From Callorhinchus milii (taxonomy: Eukaryota): a stretch of DNA of 64,000 nt. Positions within the stretch are counted from its first letter, which is position 1; every line of letters starts with the position of its first letter. Of the stretch, positions 1 to 13,547 are shown in pieces. The stretch is taken from assembly GCF_018977255.1 (NCBI RefSeq), contig NW_024704742.1:81532001-81596000 (forward strand), written 5' to 3'. The position numbers and the translations under genes were made by a program. The notes beneath the pieces were generated by a model. It saw only the letters and a program-made list of their open reading frames with translations, was not told where the DNA came from and did no database searches.

Positions 1-679
1 CCCAACAGGGAACATTCCTGGTTCTGTGGAACAGTATATTTTCCTCAGAGTGACTCAGAACTCAAGACTAAGTAGATATATTTTAATCCCAAAGGTGTGT
101 GACAGATGGACTAGATTGTATTTGCGATCATATTTGTTATTTCAGAGTGAGCCTTCTCTAGTCTTGCAGTTAATAAATGAGGGCAAACATGCTAAGGGGG
201 GAATGCTCCATCCTTTTACTCACTTGGAATTGAAGTCGACCATCTGGTTTCCCCCTCTCCCTTCCCCTGTTCGGCATCCAACCAGCGAATGGTCCAGTGC
301 TCTGAGACCGTATATTGAAAGGCACCATATACTAATAATAATCTTTAAAATGGATATAGTGCCAAAGCTCTGCACTGGATACATTGCAAAGTGAGGTAAC
401 TGTTTTTTTTGTGGGCAAATTCATTTCTTTTCATATCAATGCAAGATGTTGTTTTTATTCTTTTAGATGTTTATGGAATCCTGTACAATATAACTTAATA
501 TGGCTTTCACAAATGACTTACTTTGTTTCTACAAAAGTGGCTGGTTTAAGTGATGGTCTGGGGTGATGGTGATATTCTTCCAAGTTGCTGCAGGACAGTG
601 TCCACAAAATACACAGTTAATTCACTTTACAGTATATTCTGTAAAACCCTTTAAGACATCTAAAATAACAAAAACAAAG

Positions 680-1040
680 CAACAACTTGCACTTATATAG
701 CGCCCTCCATGTAGGATAATGTCTCAGAGCGCTTAACAGTGCCGGAGCCTGACTACGAGCCGGGAGGAGGTGGGAGGTGGCCGTAAGCACGGTTGAAGAG
801 GAAAGTATTCAGGTGGGATTTGAAAGAGGGGAGAGAGGGGGCAAGGCCGAGGGATTGAGGGAGAGCGTTCCAGAGGTTTGGGGCTTACTGGCTGAAAGCA
901 CGACCTCCGATGGTGGGGAGTGCGAAGGACAAGCAGGAGGCCGGTGCCAGTTGAGCGGAGGTGCCGGGTGCTGGATTGGGGAATGAGGAGATCAGAGAAG
1001 TCAGGAGGTGCCAGGGAGTGAATTGATTTTGAACACGAAT
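680..1040 (-). mobile_element. L2 3' fragment splitting a SINE tail (~600-665 / 1040-1090)
   Basis: L2 tail motif and a purine-rich body. The SINE tail resumes with ATATCAAATG...(ATT)n. Confidence 0.75.
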
Positions 1041-2238
1041 AAGGTGTTATATCAAATGAAAAGATTATTATTATTATTATTATTATTATTAAGACACTAG
1101 ACTCATTTAAAAACTGCTTGATACCATGATGGGAGATTGGTAGGGTGGGTGTAGAGGAAGGAGGAGATCAGGTGGATCAAAGGGCCTTCTTTATCTAAGC
1201 CGATCTTGTGACCTTCCAATCATGTGTAGATGCCTTGATATCATCACGTAAGCATCACAATGATATAATCTGAAACTATAAGATAAACCACAGGATCACT
1301 TGGCTTCAAAGAGCTTGTGATTTCCGGGACAGACAGAGAGAATCAAGAATAATGCAAACACTTTAGGGGTTATTTTCCCCTTGATGGTAAATTTACTGAC
1401 AAGCAAAAAATATTATTTTATGGCAGTCGATTATTTACAGGGTGGTGGGGTAAGGGTGGGGTTGGGGAGAGAGAGAATATCTTCCTTTGGGCTCTGAGTT
1501 ATAAGGGATGGCTGATTCTATTGAGGAAAGAAGATAGATTTAGCTCTTTAAAATGATGAGTACCACAGATAAAGTAGATGAAAGTAAGTTATTCAACTTA
1601 TACTGTGACCATAAAATAAGAGGACATAATTGCAAAATTACCAAACTTCAAATGAGACTGGGAAGATTCATTGGATATGGGGAACAGTTATTCATCAGAA
1701 ATAGATAATACAATATCCATTGACATTTTTGGGGAAAAAATCTGTACAATTGTAACTAAGATTGAATGACACAAGGATAGAAATAGATAGGGATGACAAA
1801 ACAGTGAATGAAAAGGAATTCAAACAATTTTCCTTGTAATTATGCTAGCATCCACATTTAGGTAGCCATTTAACAGTGTGTGATCCCTTCACACTATTTC
1901 TTGTACAAAAAAATTCTAATTAATAAATTAAAGTTTGCGGCATTTCAAAATGATCTATTGCAAATGTTTTAAAATGGAGTTTGTGCAATGTCAAGTAACA
2001 ATGGGAAGAAATGTGACCTAGTTTACTAGATTCATTCTATTTATGTAGCAATTTAGAGTGTGCACAATATGGCAAATGGTTGAATTCAGTCATGGCGTTT
2101 GAGACGGTTTTCTTTAGTTCTTAAAATAAAAATAAAAATTATGACTGTCATTAAGAATTTTCCAAATTCTAGGCTGTCTAAAATACTAAGAAAATGAATT
2201 AAATAGCTTGCCATAAAGAGCACTCTCTGGCAAGCTTC

Positions 2239-2690
2239 CTACTGCGCCTCCAAGTCCTTCTTAAATAATAGAGTGACGTCTGCAATTTTCCAATCCAAGG
2301 GCACAATTCCTGAATATAGAGAGCTTCGGAAAATTAGGATTAACGCATCTACAATTTCTTCCCCTACTTCTTTTAATACCCTGCAATGGAATCCATCAGG
2401 TCCTGGAGATTTTCCTATCTTTATTCCCATTATTTTCTCCATTACCATTTTTTATTCAAATTAAATCCATTTAGTACTTCTCTTTGGCTTACTTTCATTT
2501 TCCCTTGTACCGCTGGCATTTTGTCATCTTCCTCTTCTGTGAAAACGGAAGCAAAATATTAATTCAACAAGCCTGCCATTTAATTATTGTCCATTATAGT
2601 CTCTCTTACAGATATCCTTAATGAGCCCACATTCCCCTTTACCATTCTCTTTCTCTTAATATATTTATAAAAACTTTTGAACATTCAATA
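2239..2690 (-). mobile_element. CR1 ORF2 fragment
   Basis: KSPGPDGFHCRVLKEVGEEIVDAL...DWKIADVTLLFKK. Confidence 0.88.
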
Positions 2691-3564
2691 TCGACTCTTA
2701 GCTAGATCAGCAAATTGGCCGCTATAAGGCTAGGGACAGAAGAAGCAGACAGGTTTCGGATTGCGCAGGATCCTGTGTGAGTAGTGGATCTCACTGTGTG
2801 TTGGCCTGTGTGGGTACGTGCACACTTGGGTGAGATCTCAGAGCTCTGTCGTGGAATCAGAGCCCAGCAAGAGCCAGTGTTTTCTGGAGAAGAAGGGAGA
2901 GAATTAGAAAACAAAAGCAAGTTAAAAATAGATTTGGTTAATGATCAGCTATTAGATGTCAAATTAAATTAAAAATTGCACAGGGCATTGTAAGTGAGAT
3001 GAAATAACACATTAAAATAGACAGATTGATTGAATTGTGCCTTTATACTTCAGTGCTCTGTTTATTCCAAGCACTTCCAGCTCAAATATTCATGGACTCC
3101 TGTTTTCTGTTTTGTGACAAGTTTTGAATTAGAAAGCATAGATTTTTAAACTGTGGGGCTGCAGGAGGAATTGAGCCGATTTTGGTGATTTTTTTAACAA
3201 AAAGAGGCATTTTGTTTTTATCTAGGCTTCTCAATGATAAAGTGATGATGGATGGCACACCTGCTGGATCTCATCCATCCAGTGCTGAAGGTAATTTGTT
3301 AGCTTTCCATTATGTCAAAGAGCCAAATGTATTCCATTTGTTATGTGTAAAGAGTGACCACAGAGATAATGGTCTCGCTAATGTAATACTTGTTGACAGG
3401 TTCTGCATCTGTTACGTTGCATATTAAAGATGATTTGCACATTAAAGGTGCTGGTATATTCTGGCTAAAATAATTTCAGATTTTATTGTCACACTTTTTG
3501 TTAAAATTACATTCGAATAAACAGTGCATTCATTAAGTAAAAACAAGCAGTAAATAAAGAAATC

Positions 3565-4050
3565 GAATTCCCAAAGGCTGACTTCAGAAGTTATCCTCAT
3601 GTTGTACAGTGCTCTGGTCAGACCTCACTTAAGTACTGCGTACGGTTCTGATCAGCATGACTTAAAGAAACTGTCCAAGACTCAAGACAATACAGAGAAG
3701 AGGAGTGATGCTGGTTCACAGTGTTTAGGGACAACTAAATAATCTCAGGCAAGTTAAACAGTGTGATGCACCAACAAATGCAGTGATCAGGATTCTGGGC
3801 TTTCTTGCTAACGTATTCAGTTCAGACGTCCATAAATGATGCTTAACCTGGACAATGGTGTGGTCATGTCAGTGAGTACATAAGGATGTTGCAGTGACAT
3901 AAGGTTGTCACCCAGGCCCTAGAGGCAATGTGAAGAATGGTGAAGTTGAAGCTCATGTTGGAGTGATGAACTATGAGGAACGTGAGATTCATTAAGCACT
4001 CTTTAGCCTCAAAAATAAACCTCTCGGTCATAAGCTTATCAATCAGTTAT
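3565..4050 (+). mobile_element. Ancient CR1 ORF2 3' fragments
   Basis: EVILMLYSALVRPHLKYCVRF (cf. LYRALVRPHLEYCVQFW). Confidence 0.65.
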
Positions 4051-4769
4051 GGTCAACCTTTTTAATCGGCCAACAAAATAAAGGTTCTTGGTTGAATATT
4101 TCTTGATTTAAGGCATAAATCAGGAAATATTCAATCAAAAAAAAATTGAAGCAAAGGCATTGATTTAAAACAGTATCACCTAGACTAGTTCCAAGGACAA
4201 TTGCAAAGGAAGAAAATATTGTGATTCAGAGGATAGCAATGCAGCGCAAGTTGCAATGAAAAATCTATGATTTGAGGGGAGAGACAACGCAGGAAAAAAA
4301 ATATCAAAAAGGAGCCAAGAGTAGGCTCATTTTCTTTGATGGTTTCCATCATTGTTTCTCTGATACAATTCAACTAAAGGCTTAAACAATGTGTGTGTTG
4401 TGTGTGCGTGTGTGTGTGGTGGGTGGGTGGGGGGGTGTTATATCAAGCAATGTGATAATTAGCAATTATGATAATTAAATGATATGATAATTTTCATATC
4501 AATATGTATCTGTATCCACCCTCTCCATATTTTCAATTGGTGCTTTGTTTGTTATGGTAGGTCTGCCAACAGAGATAGGCTTTGCTGAGGTCTTCTTGAC
4601 AGCAGGGAGAGTGACCACACTTTTAATGAAACCCCGTTCTGCTGATGCACATTTTTGCAGGATTTCCAGATGCTATTTCGTTCAGTAGCCTATCACTATC
4701 AAAATAATTATCATCGCAGTGTGAGTATTTTTTCTCTCAAATGCTTAGCGACCCCTGTATTGCCAGGAA

Positions 4770-5000
4770 GTTTTCCACCTGTCCTGCTTGTCTACAAATC
4801 CCTTCATACGCTGGCATCTCCCTACCTCACTGACCTGCTTTCTCACTACCCAGTGTCGCCCCCTCCTTCCTCTTTGACCGTGCTTACAGTCACCTTCTCC
4901 CTCCCCCTGGCTTGGCATCAGGCTCCGCCACTGTTAAGCACTCCGAGATGCTGCACTGCATGAATGGCACTATAGAAATGCAAGTAGTTGTTGCTGTTGT
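4770..5000 (+). mobile_element. Old L2 3' fragment
   Basis: LLVYKSLHTLASPYLTDLL plus tail. Confidence 0.65.
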
Positions 5001-5509
5001 AATTGTTTAAAACGGCAGCTTCTTCAACCCTTCCAATCTACCTGTGGCTCAAAATCTAATTAGTTCTTCATCAGCCTCTCTGGAAGAGGTTATTTCAGAA
5101 CCAATCTCTCTGCCTCCCACAAACCAGTAAACTGTGGAAAGCTGCTTAAAGGCCATAAACTCCAAACACTGTGATAACTGTAAAAAGGTTCTGTTAGTTA
5201 AAAGACAGAGAGCTTTAATCTCGCTGACAGAAAACTGAGCCAGATAAGGAGGCTATTCAAAAATGCAATATTGTTATTTTTAATAGGATTATGTTTTCTG
5301 CAATTCTAGCAAAACGGACAGAGAAAGAAAAAAAACGCTGTTATTGGTCCAGTAAAATCTACGACCATCAATCCAGGATCAAAGGTTATGTCAAGTGATG
5401 TGCCGTGCGAACAAACAAGTTCATGTTGCAAAGGATCAGAATCAACTTCACGCAGAAACCAATTGTTACATGTACTGAAGACTTTATATACAATTACTTA
5501 CCAGATATA

Positions 5510-5870
5510 ATACAATAATCCTTCCATTTGATATACCACCTTTCACTTAAGGAGGACATCTCAAAGCGCTTCACAGAGTTTATTGCAAAGTATAGTGGCT
5601 GCATATTTTGTAAGTGAACTTTGCATACAGCGGTATCCCACAAACAGCTATGAAGCGAATAACCAATTCCATCTGATGGATTGTTGGCCAGGCTCCCAGG
5701 AGAACCTCCTTGCTCTTTTCAAATACTACGGTGGGATCTTTAATGTCACCTGTTCAAGTAAGTGGGACCTCAGTTTAATGTCTCATCCAAAGGATGGCAC
5801 TCCAAACAATACAGCACACACCCGAGCACTGCACTGGAATGTCATCCTGTATTATATGAGTTCAAAGTCC
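5510..5870 (-). mobile_element. Deu-type SINE
   Basis: GGGATCTTTAATGTC...CTCAGTTTAATGTCTCATCCAAAGGATGGCAC core. Confidence 0.75.
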
Positions 5871-6639
5871 TGATTTGGGCAATATCTGCTCTTATTCAAC
5901 TGTCGACAATCCTGCTTAGGAACAACTTTGGCTCTGTATGCTCACTTGCTTCCTTATGCCATCTCTGATTTTTACTCTGACTCATGCTCCTTTGTGAATG
6001 TCCGAGAAAATGAGAGTGGAGCTGGGTTCCCTCGCTGGGTATGAGCTATCACATTGACTGGTACTGCTAATCCTTCCCACAGAGTGGAAAGAACTACCAT
6101 GAAAATAAAGTTCACATTTAGATGATTGGTGATGTTCAGCTTTGCTATCTGGTGGCTGGTATCAAAGGCTATTAGAAGTGGAAAATGTCACATTTCATAA
6201 CAGATTTCAGGTGAATGGCAAATTCAATGTGAACATCAAACTTGTCATAAAATGTCATTTTTTCATCCCGTACATGCAGTTTTGTGCTACCCCTCCCCTC
6301 CATATGGAGTAATGGCTTTGGATGAGACATTAAACAGGCTGGTTGCTGTGTACGCTCATTCAGAAGCGCAATAGTTGAAGCTGACAAGAAAGATCGTTCT
6401 ATGAACCTCAGCTTGTGATACAAGGGCTGGTTACCTTTGACCTGAGCGGTTGCCATGTTTATTGCAATGTTGATGTCACAACTAGCTGTTCCTTTGGCAG
6501 TGGCAATGTTACATAATGAGGTGGTCATTAGGGGACATGGTGTTTCTGGGGACATGGTGTATGAGGTCCTTAGGTAAGATTCCTCCCGTCTCTGAGATGG
6601 TCGTGTTGATGCCAGCCTGGTAAATGGTGTCTGACTTTG

Positions 6640-7083
6640 TCTTCAGGGCTGCAGCCACCATTGTTTCCTGGTTAAGAGGTTCAGCGTTTGCTGCTATGTC
6701 TCCACATCCCAGCAGTGTCATTTTCTCATGTTGGCCAACATAAAAGTTGCAGTTTTGCGATTTTAAATCCTCACCGTGCGGTGTGTGTGGTTGTGTGTAT
6801 GTGTTCACATGAGTGCAGTTGGTTCGGCTTCAGTGCTGTGCAGTGAGTCCCTCCTGTTTGTGAATGGACAGAGTTCACATCACCAGCAACCTCTTGGCAC
6901 TGCAGAATCCTTGTTATGTGATGTGGCTCCACAGTGCACTGGCAATGTAAAGTGAGGAGACAGAGGGAGCTGATATGTACAATGTAGCTAGGAAGAGGTA
7001 ATCCTCCCTCATTTCTGTTCGTTGTTCTGGGCTGCCACTCCAGTTCAGTGCTGGAGGGGGCTGTCTGATCGGAGTTGCCGCCA
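6640..7083 (-). pseudogene. Possible decayed PIF/Harbinger Myb/SANT-like ORF
   Basis: Fragments PSSTELE, EMREDYLF, HITR...QEVAGDVNSV and EKMTLLG...IAANAEP across frameshifts resemble the Harbinger Myb-like protein layout. Confidence 0.3.
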
Positions 7084-7084
7084 T

Positions 7085-7277
7085 TTCTCTTTGACCGTAC
7101 CTTCAGCTCCCCTCTCGACTCTCTACCCCCTCCTCGCTCCCTGCCTTCCCTCCCCTCACCCTGACCATTTCCCCCCTGCTCGGGTCCTGACCCAACTGTC
7201 CAGTGCCTTGGGACGTCCTCCCGACGTGAACGGGCTCTATAAATGAAATCTTGTTATAAATGAAATCTTGTTGTTGG
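7085..7277 (+). mobile_element. Young L2 3' end
   Basis: Matches 10663-10839, with a duplicated TATAAATGAAATCTTGT tail unit. Confidence 0.88.
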
Positions 7278-7282
7278 TTGAG

Positions 7283-7505
7283 CCATTAAACCAAGGTCCA
7301 GTATGTCTCTTCCGGTGCTCCGAGACCCCATCCTGTGTGAAGGTAGTTATATAATTTGGTAACTCAATCTACATCTGTTTGTGGGAAACTGCTGTGTGCA
7401 ATTGGCTGCTGCCTTTCGCCCACAAAATAATGTATCCTGTGAAGCACTTTGAGGCTTCTCATTGACATGATAAGGCATTATAACAAATGCAAGGAATATT
7501 ATTAT
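7283..7505 (+). mobile_element. Deu-type SINE 3' part
   Basis: ATTAAACCAAGG...TGTTTGTGGGAAACTGCTGTGTGCAATTGGCTG...AAATGCAAGG. Confidence 0.7.
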
Positions 7506-8519
7506 TTATAAAAATACAAGTTTTCTTTTGTTTGTTTGTTTGGTGAACAGTTACTACATTGACAGTCATTATCTTTCTTATCATTTGTGTACCTTACCAT
7601 TCCATGAGAGAAAGTAACTGTGTAGAAGGAAGGGGACAACCAGGGAATTGAATCCCCTTCGCATCATGTGTTATCTTACTGTCACCTTGCAGCAGTCATT
7701 GGGTGTAAAAATGATATTCTTTCAGAGGTATCAGACTCTGTGTTTTATTTTACCTGATGGTATGGTCTGACTTCCAGTTTTATTTACTTCTAAGATACAT
7801 TTTCATTTATTTATGCTTCATTAAACATATAAATTGAAATACAGTTATTCTTTCTAACTGCCGGGAGGTAAAAAATATCATTGGAATTCCGAACAATACA
7901 AAACGTCTCTGAGTACAGAAGGTAAAACAGTGAGTTTCTCCATTCATTGTAAACAGAAAATAAAATATCTGCCTTCATCGGAAAACAGTTGACGTAAACA
8001 GTTTCCAGCATGAATGAATGCATTTCGCCCACACTAGTTCAATCTCTAGGGATAATATATCCCTCCAGGGAGAGAGTGTGCCTTCCATTCCATTCCAACA
8101 ATCTATCTCTGGAATTTCTATGCGTAGGTGGGATGTATGAATTCTCAGTTTGGTTTGGATCCTCTTAAGCATAGTGATAGGTTTCCGCATAGCCAGACAA
8201 AGCTGACCAAAAAAAAATCTAGGGAGAATGAGAAATGTGAGCAACAAGCTACCTCCTACATTGTAAATTTCACCCCCAAAAGGCCTGGAGAGAGAAATTG
8301 TTTCCTCACAATTGGTTCCAAAGTTGTCATGAAGGATAGTTTCAAGTTGATAAAGCATTATTTATCCACACGCTTCTCATCTCAAGTGCTGAAAGCATCA
8401 ATATACATGGGCGGGCACTCACAAAGCCAGTGTGGAACCTTGTTGTTTTGTTCAATTCTCAGCTGTCCTTTATACCCCCACATCCATGCCTTGAACTGTT
8501 CAGCTTTCTTCCCAACTCC

Positions 8520-9150
8520 ACAAAACTGCCCTCCTCTGCCACAACATTCACCTCTGGCCCCACAAGACCCTTATCCATGCTTTTATCACATCCTGGCTTG
8601 ACTACACCGACTCTCTGCTTGCTGGACTTCCCAACATTTCCCTCCACAAGCTGCAGACTATTCAGAGTTCTGCACTTATGTTTCCCCTCCCGCACCAGGC
8701 AACATAAGCCTATCACTCCCATCCTTGTCCAGCTCCATTGGCTTCCCATTCCCCAGAGGAAAGAGTTCAAGATCCTCATCCTCACTTTTAAATTCCTCCA
8801 TGGTCTTGCCCTACCCTACTCTGTAACCTTACCAACCCACATTTTCCCTCTGCTCGGCAGGCACTGGCCTGTTTCATGTCCCCTGCCCATCTGAACATTG
8901 GTGGTTGGGTTCTCAGCCTTTCTGGAACTCTAACGTGGAGTTCTTTCGCCTCGCCCTTTACCTCACCTCCTTCAAGGTCCATCTCAAAATGTTTCTGTTT
9001 AACCATGCTTTCAATTGACTTCCCAACTCCATCTCCCTTGGTCCCCACCCCAGCTAAACACAACCCCCAGCATGGGTGCAAGCCCTCATCTGTCCAGCGC
9101 ATGTCCTCTTGACATGAATGGTGCTATATAAATGCAATTCATTGTTGTTT
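8520..9150 (+). mobile_element. L2 3' fragment
   Basis: [29 protein letters not shown] plus tail. Confidence 0.85.
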
Positions 9151-9929
9151 CCCTGGCAAAAATTAAGGAATAGAATGTGTTTAACAATATCACAATTTTG
9201 ACTCCTGTATATCATCTGTATATAACAAATGCAAAAAGAGGCCATGACTTAATGTATAGAGAATAAAGAAAAATGGAGAAGTAATGTTAAATTTATATAA
9301 AATTTTATATGATATTATAATGTCAGAAAGAATATACTGTAGATTTATTAGTCTGTTACCAGGGAAGAGTGGATACAGTTATTAAGAAAGATTGCACAAG
9401 CTCTATGACCGCACCTTCGGTCATCTTCCCACCTTCAACTTGGCCCTCACCCCTTCCAAACACATCAATGTCCCACAAACAATCATGAAGTGAATTATTA
9501 TTTTATTTGGGAAATTGTGGGGCATTGCTGTGCGCAAGTTGACTGCCATGGTCATCTACAAAATACACAGTCACTACACTTTACAGTAAATCCTGTGAAG
9601 CACTTTGAGACATTCCACCCCCTACCGCCCCCATATGAAAGGCTTTGTACCAATTGAAAGGAATCTTATTAATTTCATAATGCAACAGTATGTTGTGGTC
9701 TGAGGCTGAGTGTATTACTCTGGATATAAGAAATAACCATTTGAGATGAACAAAGGATGTCTATTTTACCAGCTTCCTTTAAGGGGCATTAGAATTGCTC
9801 AGTTATTTCACTCCGTAATCACTTGTACTCATTTCCAGTGACCATCAGGTTGTTCCATATTGAGAGGTGCGTTCAAGCAATGAGAATTCCTTCTTGGCCA
9901 AAGCTCTCGTTGTCTAAATCCTCATGGTT

Positions 9930-11420
9930 CTCACCTCCTCCACCTACCTGACCTACCCCTAAAACCCTCTGATCCCGTACGCAACCTAGGCATCAGGTTC
10001 GACCCCCAATTATCCTTCCTCCCCCACATCCGGTCCCTCACCAGCACCGCTTTCTTCCACCGCAGACGCGTCGCCCGTCTCCACCAATACCTCTCCCCAA
10101 AAGCCACTAAAACTCTGGTGTTCCTCATATCTATGCCACAACTGGCACTGCCTTCCATCACCTCTGAAATATTGCCAGACTACGGCAATGCCTCACCCCT
10201 CACGCTGTTGAAACTCTGGTCCACGCCTTTATCACCTCAAGGCTGGACTATGGGAACTCTCTCCTCGCCGGCCTTCCCGGCACCTCCCTCCACAAGCTGC
10301 AGGTCATTCAGAACTCTGCAGCTCGTGTACTGTCCCGCACCAGGCTTCGGGACCACATCACTCCCACCCTCGCTCGCCCCACTGGCTCCCCATCCCCCAG
10401 AGGATCGAATTCAAGATCCTCATCCTCACCTACAAGGCCATTCATGGCCTCGCTCCCTCCTACCTCTTCGACCTACTATCTCCCTACCTACCCGCCCGTA
10501 CCCTCCGTTCCTCTGGCTCCGGTCTGCTCCACATCCCCCGCCCCAACCGCCCTACCATCGATGGCCGGGCCTTCAGTCTCTCAGCCCCGAGGCTCTGGAA
10601 CTCTATCCCCCAGTGCCTTCGCCGCCTCCTCCCTTTCCTCCTTCAAGGCTGATCTCAAGACTTTTCTCTTTGACCGTGCCTTCAGCTCCCCTCTCGACTC
10701 TCTAACCCCTCCTCGCTCCCTGCCTTCCCTCCCCTCACCCTGACCATTTCCCCCCTGCTCGGGTCCTGACCCAACTGTCCAGCGCCTTGGGACATCCTCC
10801 CGACGTGAAAGGCACTCTATAAATGAAATCTTGTTGTTGTTTGTCACCTCTCGGCTGGACTATTCAAACGCCTTCCTCGCCGGTCTCTCATCCACTACCA
10901 TCCATAAAATCCAAATCATTCAGAACTCTGCCGCCTCATTCTCACCTGCGCGAAACTCCGCTCCCCGATTACCCCAGTCCTTGCCAGACTGCACTGGCTG
11001 CCTGTCTGAGAGGGTCGATTTCATGATCCTCACCCTCGTATTCAAGTCCCTGCACTCCTCTGCACCCCCCTACCTCTCTGACCTCCTCTCTCCTCAGCAC
11101 AGTACCCGTTGCCTTTGTTCCTCCAGGTCTGGCCTCCTCCTTGTCCCCCGATTCCTCCATTCCATCCTTGGTGGCCGTGCCTTCAGCCACTATGCCCCGA
11201 GGCTCTGGAACTGCCTTGCTCACTCCCTTCATCTCACTCCCTCCCTTCCCATTTTCAGGTCTCTGCTGACGACCTTTCTTTTCGACCGCCCCTTTGGTCA
11301 CCTTCCCACCCCTCCCCCTGGCTCGGTCCCGGGATCCTAAACTGTAAAGCGCTCTGAGATGCCGTCCGGCGTGGAGGGCGCTATATAAATCCAAGCTGTT
11401 GTTGTTGTTGTTGTTGTTAT
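9930..11420 (+). mobile_element. Older L2 (9930-10119 and 10840-11420) with a younger L2 (10120-10839) nested inside
   Basis: The old copy reads VRNLGIRFDPQLSF...KTLV | FVTSRLDYSN across the insert. Both copies end in (TTG)n tails. Confidence 0.88.
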
Positions 11421-11964
11421 TTCCATTCAGACACATTAGAGCAGAAACAACACGCATATGCTGAAGAGTTGTCGCTGTGGTTGCAGAGGATTTGCAAAGC
11501 TGGAACCAGGATTTATTGATAGAAACAGGGTTTTATTAAGGAATATGTTTTTATTAAGGAATATGAGTATGTTGTCATACTCATAGTTACTCTACCCTCC
11601 CCCACCCCCAACCCACCCCACAGATGCACATTTTCAGAAAAGACCGGGAAACAAATGTATAAAAGGGCTGCTCATTAAATTGTCAGTAACGTGAAATGTC
11701 AATGTGAATAAACAATGAAAGCAAGTACTACATAGCACAAAATAACAGCAATAACAAGTACAAAAAACAAATTGCATTTATATAGCCCTTTCAAATTGGG
11801 AAGACGTCGCAAGGCGCACGACAGAAACAAAGGCACAATGCAAAAAGGCTCACCCTTTTTTATCATGGAATATCATGTCACCTTCAGTATCATCTAACCC
11901 CAAGTGGTGACTGAAGAAAAAGATTGAGGAGGAAGTTTACATTCCTGTTACTGTACTTATTGAA

Positions 11965-12450
11965 ATTTAAAGCACAGAAGTTGGGCCTTCGGCCTATTGT
12001 GTCTATGATGATTCTTTTAAAGGGCAAACCTTTCAGTCCCATTTACCTGACCTTTTCGCCATACCCCTATAGCTGACTCCTTTTTAGGTATTTATCTAGT
12101 TCCCTTTTGAAAACTAATAATAGATTCTGCCTTAATCACAGCTCCCGGCCAGGCATTCCATATCCTGAACTGTCTACATGTGTAAAAAAATCTCCTAACC
12201 TCCCCGTTGCTCATTTGTTAACTATTCTAAATAGATGCCCTCTAGCCATTGACTCATCGACCAGTGCAAATAATTTCTCTCTATTGATTATCAAAATCCC
12301 TGAATAATTTTAAAGACTTCTATCATATCATCACTCAGCCTTCTTTATCCCAATGGAGAAAGTCGCATTTCCTCCAGTCTCTGATCATAGGGCAAACAAC
12401 TCATCCCTGATATCACCCTAGTAAACCTCCTTTGCATCCATATTGACTTG
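11965..12450 (-). mobile_element. Old CR1 3' end
   Basis: CR1 3' UTR-like GGGCCTTCGGCCTATTGTGTCT followed by degraded ORF2 C-terminus. Confidence 0.65.
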
Positions 12451-13547
12451 ACATCTTATTAGTTTAGACATGTAACAGATTCTATAGGTTTAATTGTCCT
12501 TTAGGCACATTAGGCTCTGGGTTTGTTGGTGAATTCTACTCTTTAGGGATTACAAATGAAGTGCATGAATAATTCATATTCAATTTTGATGTATTTGCAT
12601 AATGAGCTCCCTGAACAATTCTCAAAATATTTTGAAGGGCACAGTATTCTTTTCATGGTACTTTCTGTGACCCAAATACTTCTTATGCATGTTGCCTTCT
12701 TAAAAATATCCCAGGCGTCAATGTGGCCTGCTATAGACTACCAGCAATGTGGTAAAACTAGCTCTCAGCCGTAATGACAAAGCCTCATTGGCTGTGTTAC
12801 TGCCCTGCCTGAACTTTACTCTCATACTCCCCTCCAGAAGATTCATTTAAATTGCAATCCTCTCCTACGCACAGCTCAGAGCAGAAACTCAGCAGAGTGA
12901 AAGGCTGGTGCCTTCATATTCCTGCTGCAATAGGGCACTGTTTCAGGTTCAAGTGTTCAGGTCTGCCCTGCCCTCTAATGTTGAATGTCCCACATGACCC
13001 AGTCACTGAGATGAAACCAGAGGCAAAATCGGAGGAGCACACCAAAGACTGCCTTGTTTTTTCCCGATACTTTGAAGCCATCACCTTTTTTGTTGAGAGA
13101 AGCAAGTAAAGATGTTATAGTGTCCTATCAGATAGCAGCCTGAATCTGTACCTCAGCATGTTTATTTTGCCATTCTGCCTCTCACATCTGTAACTTCATG
13201 CTCATTCCCTTTGCCTAGCCCCTTTTTACCTATATTTAAATCTCATATTAACACCTACCTGTCAACGGTGCCTATGGTCAACCTGCTTCTTCTCCCTTGC
13301 TCAGTGCCCAACTCTGCCACTGTGCGGCCACCAGATGGAACTGCAGTGAAAAACACAAAACTGGAAATACCTCATAAACAATAGGACGTACCCAAAAACA
13401 AATATGCCCATGTCACTCCCAGTTGCAAGACCTTTCCAATGAGGTATAAATCGTGTCTCTATGTCAATTGGCTATTGAGGTCCTTCTTGAAGCGCAGATG
13501 CAGACCGACCTTGCCGTTTATTAGTATACATATATATATAGAAGGGA

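Noticed and set aside
26..394. 122-aa ORF / possible exon 146-395
   Set aside because: No recognisable domain, and it overlaps an apparent degraded L2 tail (~250-340).
10118..10743. Pro/Ser-rich ORFs (also at 25515, 32992 and others)
   Set aside because: Alternative frames of the C-rich L2 3' region.
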